The translations under genes were made by a program, and so were the position numbers. DNA of 31,191 bases from Gammaproteobacteria bacterium (lineage in GTDB: Bacteria > Pseudomonadota > Gammaproteobacteria > S144-34): assembly GCA_015494165.1 (NCBI GenBank), contig WGBS01000185.1, positions 1 through 31,191 on the forward strand, written 5' to 3'. Below the pieces are notes generated by a model. That model was not told where the DNA came from, ran no database searches, and was given only the letters and a program-made list of their open reading frames with translations. Below, piece by piece: positions 15,203-24,672 of this stretch (position 1 is the stretch's first letter; each line of letters starts with the position of its first letter).

Positions 15203-16264
15203 TCAGGCTCCCCCGAGCGCGCGTTCGACAAGGCGCGCCACCGGCGCCGGCATGCCGGGGCGCGGCCGCGCGCGCACCTTGTACCACAGGGCCGCGCCGG
15301 CTTCCATCACGCCGCCGGCGGCGGAGCCGGGCGCGAGCTCGGCGCGCAGGGGGCGGATGCGCAGCCGGAAGTGGGTGAAGGCGTGGCGCATGGGCTCGAG
15401 CTCGCGCAGGCCGCGCACGCGCAGCCCGAGCGCGCGCCGCGCCCAGCGCCCGGGCGCCTCGCCCTCCGGCACCTCGGGCGGGCACCACAGCCCGCCCCAC
15501 ACGCCCGCCGGCGGCCGCCGGGTGAGCAGCACGCGCCCGGCGCCGTCGACGACGAGCAGCATGCGCGTCTCGCGCTCCGGGAGCGCGCGCCGCGGGCGCG
15601 GGGCCGGCCAGCGCGTGGGCTCGCCGCTCGCATGCGCCGCGCAGCCTGCGCGCACGGGGCACTCGCCGCAGCGCGGCGCGGCGCGCGTGCACACGGTGGC
15701 GCCGAGGTCCATGATCGCCTGGGTGTAGGCGCGCGCCTCGCGCGAGGGCGTATACGCCTCGGCGAGCGCCCACAGGCGGCGGGCCACGGCGGGCTCGCCG
15801 GGCCAGCCCTCGACAGCATGGAAGCGGGCGAGCACGCGCCGGGCGTTGCCGTCGAGGATGGGATACGGAAGGCCGTGGGCCAGCGCCAGGATCGCGCCCG
15901 CGGTCGAGCGCCCGATGCCCGGAAGCGCCGCGAGCGCCCCGGGGTCGGCCGGCAGCTCGCCGCCGTGGCGCTCGACCACGATGCGCGCGGCGCGGTGGAG
16001 GCTGCGGGCGCGCGCGTAGTAGCCGAGCCCGGCCCACAGCGCCAGCACCTCGTCGAGCGAGGCGCGCGCGAGCGCGGCGGCGTCCGGGAAGCGCGCCACG
16101 AAGCGCTCGAAGTAGGGGATTACGGTCGCGACGCGCGTCTGCTGGAGCATGATCTCCGAGACCCACACGCGGTAGGGCGTGGCCGGGTTCTGCCACGGCA
16201 GGTCGTGGCGCCCGTGGCGGCGCTGCCAGGCCACCAGGCGGCGGGCGAAGGCGGCGGGCGTCAC
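15203..16264 (-). CDS. mutY: A/G-specific adenine glycosylase MutY
   Basis: [56 protein letters not shown] Fe-S cluster, NUDIX-like C-terminus. Confidence 0.96.
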   Translation of the reverse strand: MTPAAFARRLVAWQRRHGRHDLPWQNPATPYRVWVSEIMLQQTRVATVIPYFERFVARFPDAAALARASLDEVLALWAGLGYYARARSLHRAARIVVERHGGELPADPGALAALPGIGRSTAGAILALAHGLPYPILDGNARRVLARFHAVEGWPGEPAVARRLWALAEAYTPSREARAYTQAIMDLGATVCTRAAPRCGECPVRAGCAAHASGEPTRWPAPRPRRALPERETRMLLVVDGAGRVLLTRRPPAGVWGGLWCPPEVPEGEAPGRWARRALGLRVRGLRELEPMRHAFTHFRLRIRPLRAELAPGSAAGGVMEAGAALWYKVRARPRPGMPAPVARLVERALGGA

Positions 16265-16839
16265 GGAAGGTCCTCCTCCGCGTCCTCGGCCCCGTCGGCG
16301 TCCTCGCCGTCCATGTGCCGCACGACGGCCTCGGCCATGGCGCGCAGCTTCAACCGCAGCACCCAGGGGCCGATCAGGGGCGGCACCCAGAAGGCGGGCT
16401 CGAGCTCGCTCTCCATGCGCAGGCGCGTGCCCGCGCCCTCCGGGAGGATGCGCCAGCGGGTGCGCCCGTGCCGGAAGTCGCTGCCCTCGCGCACCGTGTG
16501 CGCCTCCACCGTCCAGGGGTCGGGGGTGCGGAAGTCCATGACGTGGCGCAGGTCGCGGCAGAAGAAGAGCACGCAGCCGCGCAGCACCGTGCGCATGCGG
16601 CGCACCCCGGGCCGCGGGGCGTCGAGCTGCTCGAGCTCTACCAGCCACGGCATCACCCGCGGCCAGTGGGCGGGGTCCAGGATCATGGCGCGCACCGCGG
16701 CCGGCGCCGCGCGCAGGCGCGCGTCGAGCTCGACGCGGTAGACGCCGGCCGCGTCGCGCCGCACGTCCAGGCGCTCCACCTCGGCGCCGGCGGCCGCCGA
16801 GGCCGCCGCCAGCAGCAGCGCCGCGCCCGCCGCCCTCAC
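16261..16839 (-). CDS. Exported SRPBCC/START-like (polyketide cyclase-like) protein
   Basis: Signal-peptide-like start; LRAAPAAVRAMILDPAHWP, RTRWRI, LEPAFWVPPLIGPW; GTGA overlaps with both asmA and mutY. Confidence 0.65.
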   Translation of the reverse strand: MRAAGAALLLAAASAAAGAEVERLDVRRDAAGVYRVELDARLRAAPAAVRAMILDPAHWPRVMPWLVELEQLDAPRPGVRRMRTVLRGCVLFFCRDLRHVMDFRTPDPWTVEAHTVREGSDFRHGRTRWRILPEGAGTRLRMESELEPAFWVPPLIGPWVLRLKLRAMAEAVVRHMDGEDADGAEDAEEDLP

Positions 16840-18992
16840 CGGAGCAGGCCCCGCAGCCGCTCCTCCAGGTCGCGCCCGAGCTCTTCGCCCAGCTCCTTCT
16901 CGAGCTTGCGCCGCAGCTTCTCCTCGAGCTTCCTGCGCTTCTTCTCGAGCCGCTTCTTCTGCGTCTCCTTCAGGAGCGTCTCGACGTCGAGCGTGACCTC
17001 GGGCGAGGCGAGCGGGCCGCGCAGGCGCAGCGGTACCGGCACGCCCTTGAGCTCCTCCAGCCCCTCGCCGCCCTGCCCCTTGGCGGTGCTCACCACCACG
17101 GCGCGCAGGCGGTAGTCGAGGCGCTCGCGCACGAGGTCGACCGTGCCGCGCCCGGTCACGCGCAGGAAGGGCGACTTGCCGAGCAGGTCGTCGTTGCGCA
17201 GCACGCCGTCGCGCACCCGGCCCGTGGCCGTGATCTCCGTGAAGTCGGTGCGCCGGGGACCGGACGCGGCGGGCGAGGGCTCCCCGCGCAGCCGCGCGCG
17301 CGCCTCGCGCAGGAGCGCGGCGACGTTGACGCCCTCGATGGCGCCGTCGCGCAGCGCCACGGCGACCTCGCCGGAGAGTGTGCGGCGCAGCGCCAACGGG
17401 TCCGCACCGCGGGCGGCGAGGCGCGCGCGCACGGTGCCGGTGCCGCTGAGGCGCTCGAAGCCCGCGAGGTCGCGCAGCAGCGGCCGGAGCCGCACGCCCT
17501 CGAGGCGCTCGTCCAGGCGCACCACGGGCACGGGGCCGCGCGCGTCGATGCGCACGTCCCCGCGGTAGCGGCCGCCGTAGAGGCGCGCGCGCGCGGGATG
17601 CAGGCGCAGCCGCCCGCCCTCGGCCGCGAGGCGCACCGTCACCTCGCGGGAACGGATGCCCCAGGCGCGCAGCTCGCCGACGGCGAGCTCGGCCGAGGCG
17701 CGCAGGGCGCGCAGCGTCCCGACCGGGAGCAGGGCGCCCGCGGCCGCCGCCCCCCCGGGGCTCGCCCCGCGCGCACCGGCCTTCGCGCGCGGCGGCAGGT
17801 AGCGGTCGAGGTCGAGGCGGTCCACCCGCAGGGTCGCCAGGTAGCGCGGCCGGCTGCCGTCGAGGCCGCGCACGGCGAGCTCGCCCTCCGCCGTGCTCTC
17901 GTCGAGCACCAGGCGCAGGCGCTTGAGCTCGACGGCGGTCGCCGAGGCCCACAGCCGGGTCTTGAGCTCCAGGTGCACGAAGGTGCGCGGGTCGGCCGTC
18001 TTCGGCGGCTCGATGCCGAGCGCCATCAGCGTCCCGCGCGGGTCGAAGGGCGCCACCGCCAGGTCACCCACGAGACGCGGCGCCGAGGCGAGCCGCTCCA
18101 CCCGCGCGCCCTTGAGCAGCGCCTCGACGCCCGCAAGCCGCAGCCGCAGCGGCTCGAGCACCAGCCGGTCCGCGCCCGGCTCGAGCGCGCCCCCGCCCTC
18201 GGCCTCGAGCTCGAGGCCCGCCGGCGGCAGGCCCTCGCCCTTCGCGCGCACGCGCAGCGCCAGCCCGCGCACGGCGTGCGCGCCCGCCGCGAGGTCGGCG
18301 AGCACCCGCGCCCGCAGGCGTGCCGTCCCCTCGAGCGCCGGCCGCGCGAGCCGGAAGGCGCCCTCGACGCGCACCGGGAAGGCCTCGCCGGGACGGAAGG
18401 CGCCGACCTCGAGCTCGAGGCCGCTCACGGCGAGCTCCCGGCCGGCCCGCAGGTCGCGGAAGCGCACCGCGGCGTCTTGTACCACGAGACCGCCGACGGC
18501 GAGCGCGGCCACGGGCGGCGCGCCGCCCGTGCGCCCGGCGCCGTGCTCGCCCGCCGCGGCGGTACCCGCCTCCTTGCTTCCGCCCCCGGCGCCGAGGCCC
18601 TCGAAGTTGCTGCGCCCGTCGCCAAGACGGACCAGGTTGAGCCGCACGCCGTCGAGCTCCACCGTCCCCACCTCGACCTCGCGCCGCAGGAGCGGCAGCA
18701 GCCGCACGCGCACCGCCATGCGGCGCGCCTCGAGCAGCGGGGCCTCCGAGGCCGGGAACCCCTCGGGGTTGCCGAGGCGCACCCCCTCGGCCTCGAGGCC
18801 CAGCCAGGGGAAGACCTGCAGCCGCAGCGGCCCGCGCAGCTCGAAGGGCCGCTGGAGGGCCTCGCTCACGAAGGCCTCGATGCGCGGCCGGTAGGTCTCG
18901 GGCTCGAACAGGACGCGCGCGGCGACGAGCGCCGCCACCACCAGCAGCGCCAGGATTCCGGCAAGGATCAGGATCGGACGCAGGGCGCGCAT
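16836..18992 (-). CDS. asmA: AsmA-family protein
   Basis: N-terminal TM, LRLQVFPWLGL, LYGG, DGAIEGVN, TDFTEITAT, NDDLLGKSPFLRVTGRG; usual position upstream of mutY. Confidence 0.88.
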   Translation of the reverse strand: MRALRPILILAGILALLVVAALVAARVLFEPETYRPRIEAFVSEALQRPFELRGPLRLQVFPWLGLEAEGVRLGNPEGFPASEAPLLEARRMAVRVRLLPLLRREVEVGTVELDGVRLNLVRLGDGRSNFEGLGAGGGSKEAGTAAAGEHGAGRTGGAPPVAALAVGGLVVQDAAVRFRDLRAGRELAVSGLELEVGAFRPGEAFPVRVEGAFRLARPALEGTARLRARVLADLAAGAHAVRGLALRVRAKGEGLPPAGLELEAEGGGALEPGADRLVLEPLRLRLAGVEALLKGARVERLASAPRLVGDLAVAPFDPRGTLMALGIEPPKTADPRTFVHLELKTRLWASATAVELKRLRLVLDESTAEGELAVRGLDGSRPRYLATLRVDRLDLDRYLPPRAKAGARGASPGGAAAAGALLPVGTLRALRASAELAVGELRAWGIRSREVTVRLAAEGGRLRLHPARARLYGGRYRGDVRIDARGPVPVVRLDERLEGVRLRPLLRDLAGFERLSGTGTVRARLAARGADPLALRRTLSGEVAVALRDGAIEGVNVAALLREARARLRGEPSPAASGPRRTDFTEITATGRVRDGVLRNDDLLGKSPFLRVTGRGTVDLVRERLDYRLRAVVVSTAKGQGGEGLEELKGVPVPLRLRGPLASPEVTLDVETLLKETQKKRLEKKRRKLEEKLRRKLEKELGEELGRDLEERLRGLLR

Positions 18993-19213
18993 CTTCGCCT
19001 CCCGTGGTGCCGGCAGCCGCCGCTCGCGCGAGTATACGGCCTGCGCGGCGCGGCGGCGCCGGCGCCTGCTAAGATGAGGCAAGGGACGGCACGTCCGGCG
19101 GGGCCGGCGCGGCGGGCTTGGAAAGGCTGCACCAGGCCCCAATTGCCCAAGCAGGGCGGGCGGCCCTGCCCGCAACCCGCGCAGGAATCCTCACTTGGCG
19201 AAGGGGGAAAGGC

Positions 19214-19711
19214 ATGAGCGAATACGTGGTGGTTGTCGCCGACGGCTCCCGGGCACGGTTCTTCACCCTGGAGCCCGCCGAGATCCCGGAGATCGAGGGC
19301 GGCCCGAACCTGGTCGAGCGTGAGGACCTCGCCAACCCGGAGCGCGAGCTGCCCGACCGCGAGCTGTGGTCGGAGCCCAAGACCGGGCGCAACCGCGCCC
19401 CCAACGGCGGCCCCGCCCACGGCTATGACGACCACCGCGCGCAGCACGAGGCCGAATACGAGAAACGCTTCGCGCGCACGGTCGCCGAGCGCACCGTCGC
19501 GCTCGCCAATGCCAACGGCACCCGGCGCGTGGTGATCGCCGCCGAGAAGCGCATGCTCGGCTTCCTGCGCAACGAGCTTGGCGCGCTCGAGCGCGCCGGC
19601 ATCGAGGTGCGCGAGGTGGCCCGTGACCTGAGCAAGCTCGGCGCGCGCCAGATCCACGAGCACCTGGCGAAGGAGGGCGCACTGCCGCGCCGCAGGAGCC
19701 CGGCCGCCTGA
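19214..19711 (+). CDS. Host attachment protein family (aeRF1-related baeRF-like)
   Basis: VVVVADGSRARFF, GR motif, E..FARTVAE, VIAAEKRMLGFLR, DLSKL; RBS GGAAAGG. Confidence 0.8.
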   Translation: MSEYVVVVADGSRARFFTLEPAEIPEIEGGPNLVEREDLANPERELPDRELWSEPKTGRNRAPNGGPAHGYDDHRAQHEAEYEKRFARTVAERTVALANANGTRRVVIAAEKRMLGFLRNELGALERAGIEVREVARDLSKLGARQIHEHLAKEGALPRRRSPAA

Positions 19712-19729
19712 GCCGCCGGAAGGCGCGCG

Positions 19730-19757
19730 TTGACAGCCCCCGGCGCGCCCCTACAAT
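19730..19757 (+). promoter_or_regulatory. Stable-RNA-type sigma70 promoter of tRNA-Gly
   Basis: TTGACA-N16-TACAAT with a GC-rich discriminator. Confidence 0.8.
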
Positions 19758-19775
19758 GGGTTGGCGCCCTCACGG

Positions 19776-19851
19776 GCGGGCGTAACTCAGCTGGTAGAGT
19801 GGCAGCTTCCCAAGCTGCAGGTCGCGGGTTCGAGTCCCGTCGCCCGCTCCA
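19776..19851 (+). tRNA. tRNA-Gly (CCC)
   Basis: GCGGGCGTAACTCAGCTGGTAGAG...CTTCCCAAG...GGTTCGAGTCC...CGCCCGCTCCA, 76 nt. Confidence 0.96.
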
Positions 19852-19881
19852 GATCCGTTCTCTCCCGCGCGCGGACCACGC

Positions 19882-21696
19882 TCAGGCGGGCCCTGCCGCG
19901 TACATGGCCTCGATCTCGGCCGCGAGACGCTCGCACACCACGCCGCGCTTGAGCTTGAGCGTGGGCGTGAGGGTGCCGTCCTCGACGGTCCACGGCTCGA
20001 GGGTGGCGTGCACCTGGCGCACCTTGGCGTAGCCCGGAAAGCCGCGCAGGGCCTCGGCGATACGCCGCAGCAGCGCGCGCTTGACCTTGGGCGAGGCGAG
20101 GCTCGCCCGGTCGAGCGGGTCGACGCCGAGCGCGCGCGCGAAAGGCACCCACTGCTCGGCGTCGAGCACCACGCAGGCGGCGAGATAGGGCCGGCCCTCG
20201 CCCACCACCAGCGCCTGCTCGAAGAGCGGGTCCAGGCAGATCGCCTGCTCCATGTCCACCGGCGGCACCTTCTCGCCGTTGGACAGCACGATGATGTCCT
20301 TGAGCCGCCCCGTGATGTAGATGTGGCCGTGCTCGATCCGGGCCTGGTCGCCGGTGTGGAGCCAGCCCTCGGCGTCGATGGCCGCGCTGGTGGCGGCATG
20401 GTTGTTCCAGTAGCCGAGCATGACGCCGGGGCCGCGCACGAGGAGCTCGTCGTCCTCGCCGATGCGCACCTCCACGCCCGGCAGCGGGATGCCGACGCTG
20501 CGCGGGTCGTTGTCGTCGAAGGTGTTGACGCTCACCACGGGCGCGGTCTCGGTGAGGCCGTAGCCCTGGAGGATGGGGATGCCCAGGCCGATGAACACGC
20601 GCGCGACGTCGAGCGGCAGCGCCGCCCCGCCGCTCACCGCCGCGCGCAGCCGCCCGCCGAGCCGCTCGCGCACCTTTTCCGCCACCAGCCGCTCGAGCAC
20701 CGGCCAGAGCGCGAAGTCCGGCGACCAGCGCCCGCGCCCCTGCGCGTGCTCGAAGCGGCGCCAGCCGATGGACACGGTCGCACGGAACAGCGCGCGGCGC
20801 ACCGCCGGCCCCTTGGCGAGCTGCTGGCGCAGACGCACGTAGACACGCTCGAAGATGCGGGGCACCGCGATGATGAGCGTGGGGCGCACCGTGCGCAGGT
20901 CCTCGGCGAGCTGCGGGATGGAGCGCGCGTAGGCCACCGCCGCCCCTGCCATCATCGGCAGGTAGTAGCCGCCGGTGCGCTCCAGCGTGTGCGACAGCGG
21001 CAGGAAGGAGAGGAACAGGTCCTCCTGGTAGCAGTCGACGAGCGTGAGCGCCGCGTGCGCCACCGCCAGCATGTTGTGGTGGCTCAGCATCACGCCCTTG
21101 GGGCGCCCCGTGGTGCCCGAGGTGTAGACGATGGAGGCGAGCGCGTGCGGGTCGCCGCGCCGCGCGCGCAGCTCGCCCTCGGCCGGCAGCCACTCGGCCG
21201 CGTAGCGCGCGCGCTCGTCGCCGAGCTCGCCCGCCGGCTCGCCGAGCACGACGACGCGCCGCAGAGTCTCGATGCCGGCCACCGCCGGCGCCTGGCGGCG
21301 TCTGGCGCCGGCGTCCTGCACCACGAGGACCTTGGCCGCGGAGTCGGCGAGGATGAAGGCGACGTTGTCGGGCCGGTCGTCACAGTAGAGCGGCACGTCC
21401 ACCAGCCCGAGCCCGAGCGCCGCCTGGTCGACCGCCACCCACTCCGGCCCGTTGCGCAGGCTGAGCGCGACGCGGTCGCCCGGCTCGAGGAAGCCCTCGG
21501 CGGCGAGCGCCGCCTGCCAGCGCCCCGCGAGCCGCGCCGCCTCCGCCCAGCTCAGGCTGCGCCATGCCTTGGCGCCGCGGTCGAACCAGCGGTAGGCCTC
21601 ACGGTCGGGGCTGCGCCGCACGCGCACCCGGAAGAGGCCGTCCAGCGTGCCGGCCTCCTCGACGGAGATCAGGTCCTCGTTCCACACCCCAGCCAT
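19882..21696 (-). CDS. Long-chain fatty acid--CoA ligase (AMP-dependent synthetase)
   Basis: YTSGTTGRPKG, SFLPLSH.LER, QGYGLTET, GWLHTGD, ITGRLKDIIVLSNGEKV, TPTLKLKR. Confidence 0.92.
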   Translation of the reverse strand: MAGVWNEDLISVEEAGTLDGLFRVRVRRSPDREAYRWFDRGAKAWRSLSWAEAARLAGRWQAALAAEGFLEPGDRVALSLRNGPEWVAVDQAALGLGLVDVPLYCDDRPDNVAFILADSAAKVLVVQDAGARRRQAPAVAGIETLRRVVVLGEPAGELGDERARYAAEWLPAEGELRARRGDPHALASIVYTSGTTGRPKGVMLSHHNMLAVAHAALTLVDCYQEDLFLSFLPLSHTLERTGGYYLPMMAGAAVAYARSIPQLAEDLRTVRPTLIIAVPRIFERVYVRLRQQLAKGPAVRRALFRATVSIGWRRFEHAQGRGRWSPDFALWPVLERLVAEKVRERLGGRLRAAVSGGAALPLDVARVFIGLGIPILQGYGLTETAPVVSVNTFDDNDPRSVGIPLPGVEVRIGEDDELLVRGPGVMLGYWNNHAATSAAIDAEGWLHTGDQARIEHGHIYITGRLKDIIVLSNGEKVPPVDMEQAICLDPLFEQALVVGEGRPYLAACVVLDAEQWVPFARALGVDPLDRASLASPKVKRALLRRIAEALRGFPGYAKVRQVHATLEPWTVEDGTLTPTLKLKRGVVCERLAAEIEAMYAAGPA

Positions 21697-21800
21697 GGCG
21701 CGTATTTGGGCAAAGCCGGCCGCCCGAGGCAAGTGCTAGAATGAGTGCTTCCCGGAAGGAGCGGACGGCGGGCGCACGCGCGCGCCCCGGCGGTGCCCGC

Positions 21801-22001
21801 ATGGAGATCGTGGTCAACGGCGAGCGGCGCGAGGTGCCCGAGGGCCTGACGGTGGCCGCGCTCGTCGAGCGCATGGGCCTCGCCGGGCGGCGCCTCGCCG
21901 TCGAGGTCAACCGCGAGATCGTGCCGCGCAGCCGGCACGCCGAGCACCGGCTGCGGCCGGGCGACCGCGTCGAGATCGTCCACGCCATCGGCGGCGGCTG
22001 A
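21801..22001 (+). CDS. thiS: Sulfur carrier protein ThiS
   Basis: 66 aa, VNGE...[12 protein letters not shown]...[13 protein letters not shown]. Confidence 0.96.
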   Translation: MEIVVNGERREVPEGLTVAALVERMGLAGRRLAVEVNREIVPRSRHAEHRLRPGDRVEIVHAIGGG

Positions 22002-22035
22002 GCCCCGCCGCCCGCCCGAGGCCGACGGAGGAAGC

Positions 22036-22848
22036 ATGGCGACCGTACCCCAGACACGCCCCACGGGACCCGACGATGCGCTCGTGATCGCCGGGCGCAG
22101 CTACCGCTCGCGCCTGCTCGTGGGCACGGGCAAGTACCGCGACCTCGACGAGACGCGCCGCGCGGTCGAGGCGAGCGGGGCCGAGATCGTCACCGTGGCG
22201 ATCCGCCGCACCAACATCGGGCAGAACCCGGACGAGCCCAACCTGCTCGATGTGCTGCCGCCGGACCGCTACACCATCCTGCCCAACACCGCCGGCTGCT
22301 ACACGGCCGAGGACGCGGTGCGCACCTGCCGCCTCGCGCGCGAGCTGCTCGACGGGCACGCTCTGGTCAAGCTCGAGGTGCTGGGCGACGAGCGCACCCT
22401 CTTCCCGGACGTGATGCAGACCCTCGAGGCCGCCGAGACGCTGGTCGCCGAGGGCTTCGAGGTGATGGTCTACACCAACGACGACCCGGTGATGGCCAGG
22501 CGCTTCGAGGAGATCGGCTGCGTGGCGGTGATGCCGCTCGCCGCTCCCATCGGCTCCGGCCTCGGCATCCAGAACCGCTACAACATCCTCGAGATCGTCG
22601 AGAACGCCAAGGTGCCCATCCTGGTGGACGCGGGCGTGGGCACGGCCTCGGACGCGGCCATCGCCATGGAGCTCGGCTGCGACGGCGTGCTCATGAACAC
22701 GGCGATCGCCGGCGCCCGCGACCCGGTCCTGATGGCCTCGGCCATGCGCAAGGCGGTGGAGGCCGGGCGCGAGGCCTTCCTCGCGGGCCGCATCCCGCGC
22801 AAGCGCTACGCGTCGGCCTCCTCGCCCATCGACGGCACCTTCTTCTGA
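22036..22848 (+). CDS. thiG: Thiazole synthase ThiG
   Basis: [48 protein letters not shown]. Confidence 0.97.
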   Translation: MATVPQTRPTGPDDALVIAGRSYRSRLLVGTGKYRDLDETRRAVEASGAEIVTVAIRRTNIGQNPDEPNLLDVLPPDRYTILPNTAGCYTAEDAVRTCRLARELLDGHALVKLEVLGDERTLFPDVMQTLEAAETLVAEGFEVMVYTNDDPVMARRFEEIGCVAVMPLAAPIGSGLGIQNRYNILEIVENAKVPILVDAGVGTASDAAIAMELGCDGVLMNTAIAGARDPVLMASAMRKAVEAGREAFLAGRIPRKRYASASSPIDGTFF

Positions 22849-22877
22849 GCGCCCGCGCGCGGCGGGCACGCACGCGG

Positions 22878-23609
22878 ATGGAGCGCGAGCACGGGAGGCC
22901 CCCGGCGGCGCCGGTGCGCACCTACGTCCGGCGCGAGGGGCGCATGACGCGCGCCCAGCGCCGCGCGCTCGAGACCCTGTGGCCGCGCTACGGCGTCGAG
23001 CCCGGCGAGGGCGTGCTCGACCTCGACGCCGTCTTCGGCCGCCACGCCCCGCGCGCCCTCGAGATCGGCTTCGGCATGGGGGATGCCCTGCTCGCGATGG
23101 CCGCGGCGCGCCCCGGCTGGGACTTCCTCGGCGTCGAGGTCTACCGCCCGGGGGCGGGCAGCCTCATCCGTCGCGCCCACGAGCAGGGGCTGCCGAACAT
23201 CCGCGTGGTGCTGGGCGATGCGGTCGAGCTGCTCGAGCGCCACCTGCCGCCGGCCTCGCTCGACGCCGTCTACGTCTTCTTCCCGGACCCCTGGCCCAAG
23301 AAGCGCCACCACAAGCGCCGCCTCGTGCAGCCGGCCTTCGCCGCGCGCGTGGCGCGGGTGCTGCGGCCCGGCGGCGTGCTGCACCTCGCCACCGACTGGG
23401 AGCCCTACGCCGAGCACATGCTGGCTGTGATGGAGGCGGCGCCGGGCTTCCGCAACGCCGCCGGCCCCGGCCGGTACCTGGAGGGCCGCGGCGAGCGCCC
23501 GGAGACCAAGTTCGAGCGGCGCGGCCGCGCCCTCGGCCACCCGGTGCGCGACCTGCTGTACGTGCGGGAGGCGGGAGACGGGAAACGGGAGACGGGCGGA
23601 GGCCGGTGA
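22878..23609 (+). CDS. trmB: tRNA (guanine-N7)-methyltransferase TrmB
   Basis: LEIGFGMG, FLGVEVY, FFPDPWPKKRHHKRRLVQ, LATDWEPYA, TKFERRG. Confidence 0.96.
   Translation: MEREHGRPPAAPVRTYVRREGRMTRAQRRALETLWPRYGVEPGEGVLDLDAVFGRHAPRALEIGFGMGDALLAMAAARPGWDFLGVEVYRPGAGSLIRRAHEQGLPNIRVVLGDAVELLERHLPPASLDAVYVFFPDPWPKKRHHKRRLVQPAFAARVARVLRPGGVLHLATDWEPYAEHMLAVMEAAPGFRNAAGPGRYLEGRGERPETKFERRGRALGHPVRDLLYVREAGDGKRETGGGR
23565..23596 (+). repeat. Heptad CGGG-N3 tandem repeat in the trmB 3' end
   Basis: CGGGAGG CGGGAGA CGGGAAA CGGGAGA CGGG, five GGG runs at 7-nt period. Confidence 0.75.
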
Positions 23610-23772
23610 CGGCCGGGCCGGTCCCCCGCGGCGGCGCGTGGCGCCCCGGCGGCCCTTTCCCCTAAAATGCCGCGCTCCGGCCGCCCGCCCCGCCGCGGCG
23701 GCCCACCGGATCCGCGGCCCCGCCAGCCCTGGACGGCGGGGCGGCCAAACTCGAGAGCACGGGGGGAAAGGC

Positions 23773-24648
23773 ATGTCCAAGAAGCACCCGATCATCGCGG
23801 TCACCGGCTCCTCGGGCGCCGGCACCACCACGGTCAAGGTCGCCTTCGAGCACCTGTTCCGGCGCATGGGGATCAACCCGGTCATCGTCGAGGGCGACAG
23901 CTTCCACCGCTACGACCGCTACGAGATGAAGGAGGCCATCGCCAAGGCCCAGGCCGAGGGGCGCAACCTCAGCCACTTCGGGCCCGAGGGCAACCTCTTC
24001 GACAAGCTCGAGGAGCTGTTCCGGACCTACGCCGAGACCGGCACCGGCATGCGCCGCTTCTACCTCCACAGCCAGGAGGAGGCCGAGCCCTACGGCCAGA
24101 AGCCCGGCACCTTCACCCCCTGGGAGCCCATCCCAGAGGGCACGGACCTGCTCTTCTACGAGGGCCTGCACGGAGGGGTGGTTACGGACGAGGTCAACGT
24201 CGCCCAGCACGTGGACCTGCTCATCGGCGTGGTGCCGATCGTCAACCTCGAGTGGATCCAGAAGATCCACCGCGACGCCAAGGAGCGCGGCTACTCGCCC
24301 GAGGCCATCGTGGACACCATCCTGCGGCGCATGCCGGACTACGTGCGCTACATCACGCCGCAGTTCTCGCGCACGGACATCAACTTCCAGCGCGTGCCGA
24401 CCGTCGACACCTCCAACCCCTTCATCGCGCGCGACATCCCCACGCCCGACGAGAGCTTCGTGGTGATCCGCTTCCGCAACCCGAAGGGCGTGGACTTCCC
24501 CTACCTGCTCAACATGATCCACAACTCCTTCATGTCGCGGCCCAACACCATCGTCGTCCCCGGCGGCAAGATGGGCTTCGCCATGGAGCTCATCCTCCAG
24601 CCCATCCTCGAGCGCATCATGGAGGAAAAGCGCAAGGCGGGCGGCTGA
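23773..24648 (+). CDS. prk: Phosphoribulokinase (proteobacterial type)
   Basis: IAVTGSSGAGTTT, EGDSFHRY, YEGLHG, VPIVNLEWIQK, RRMPDY, FQRVPTVDTSNPF. Confidence 0.95.
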   Translation: MSKKHPIIAVTGSSGAGTTTVKVAFEHLFRRMGINPVIVEGDSFHRYDRYEMKEAIAKAQAEGRNLSHFGPEGNLFDKLEELFRTYAETGTGMRRFYLHSQEEAEPYGQKPGTFTPWEPIPEGTDLLFYEGLHGGVVTDEVNVAQHVDLLIGVVPIVNLEWIQKIHRDAKERGYSPEAIVDTILRRMPDYVRYITPQFSRTDINFQRVPTVDTSNPFIARDIPTPDESFVVIRFRNPKGVDFPYLLNMIHNSFMSRPNTIVVPGGKMGFAMELILQPILERIMEEKRKAGG

Positions 24649-24672
24649 GCAGGCCTGGGTCCGCGGAGCGGG

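Noticed and set aside
21697-21800. TPP riboswitch upstream of thiS-thiG
   Set aside because: The gap is only about 100 bp, is shared with the divergent fadD-like promoter and lacks the conserved CTGAGA and related core motifs.
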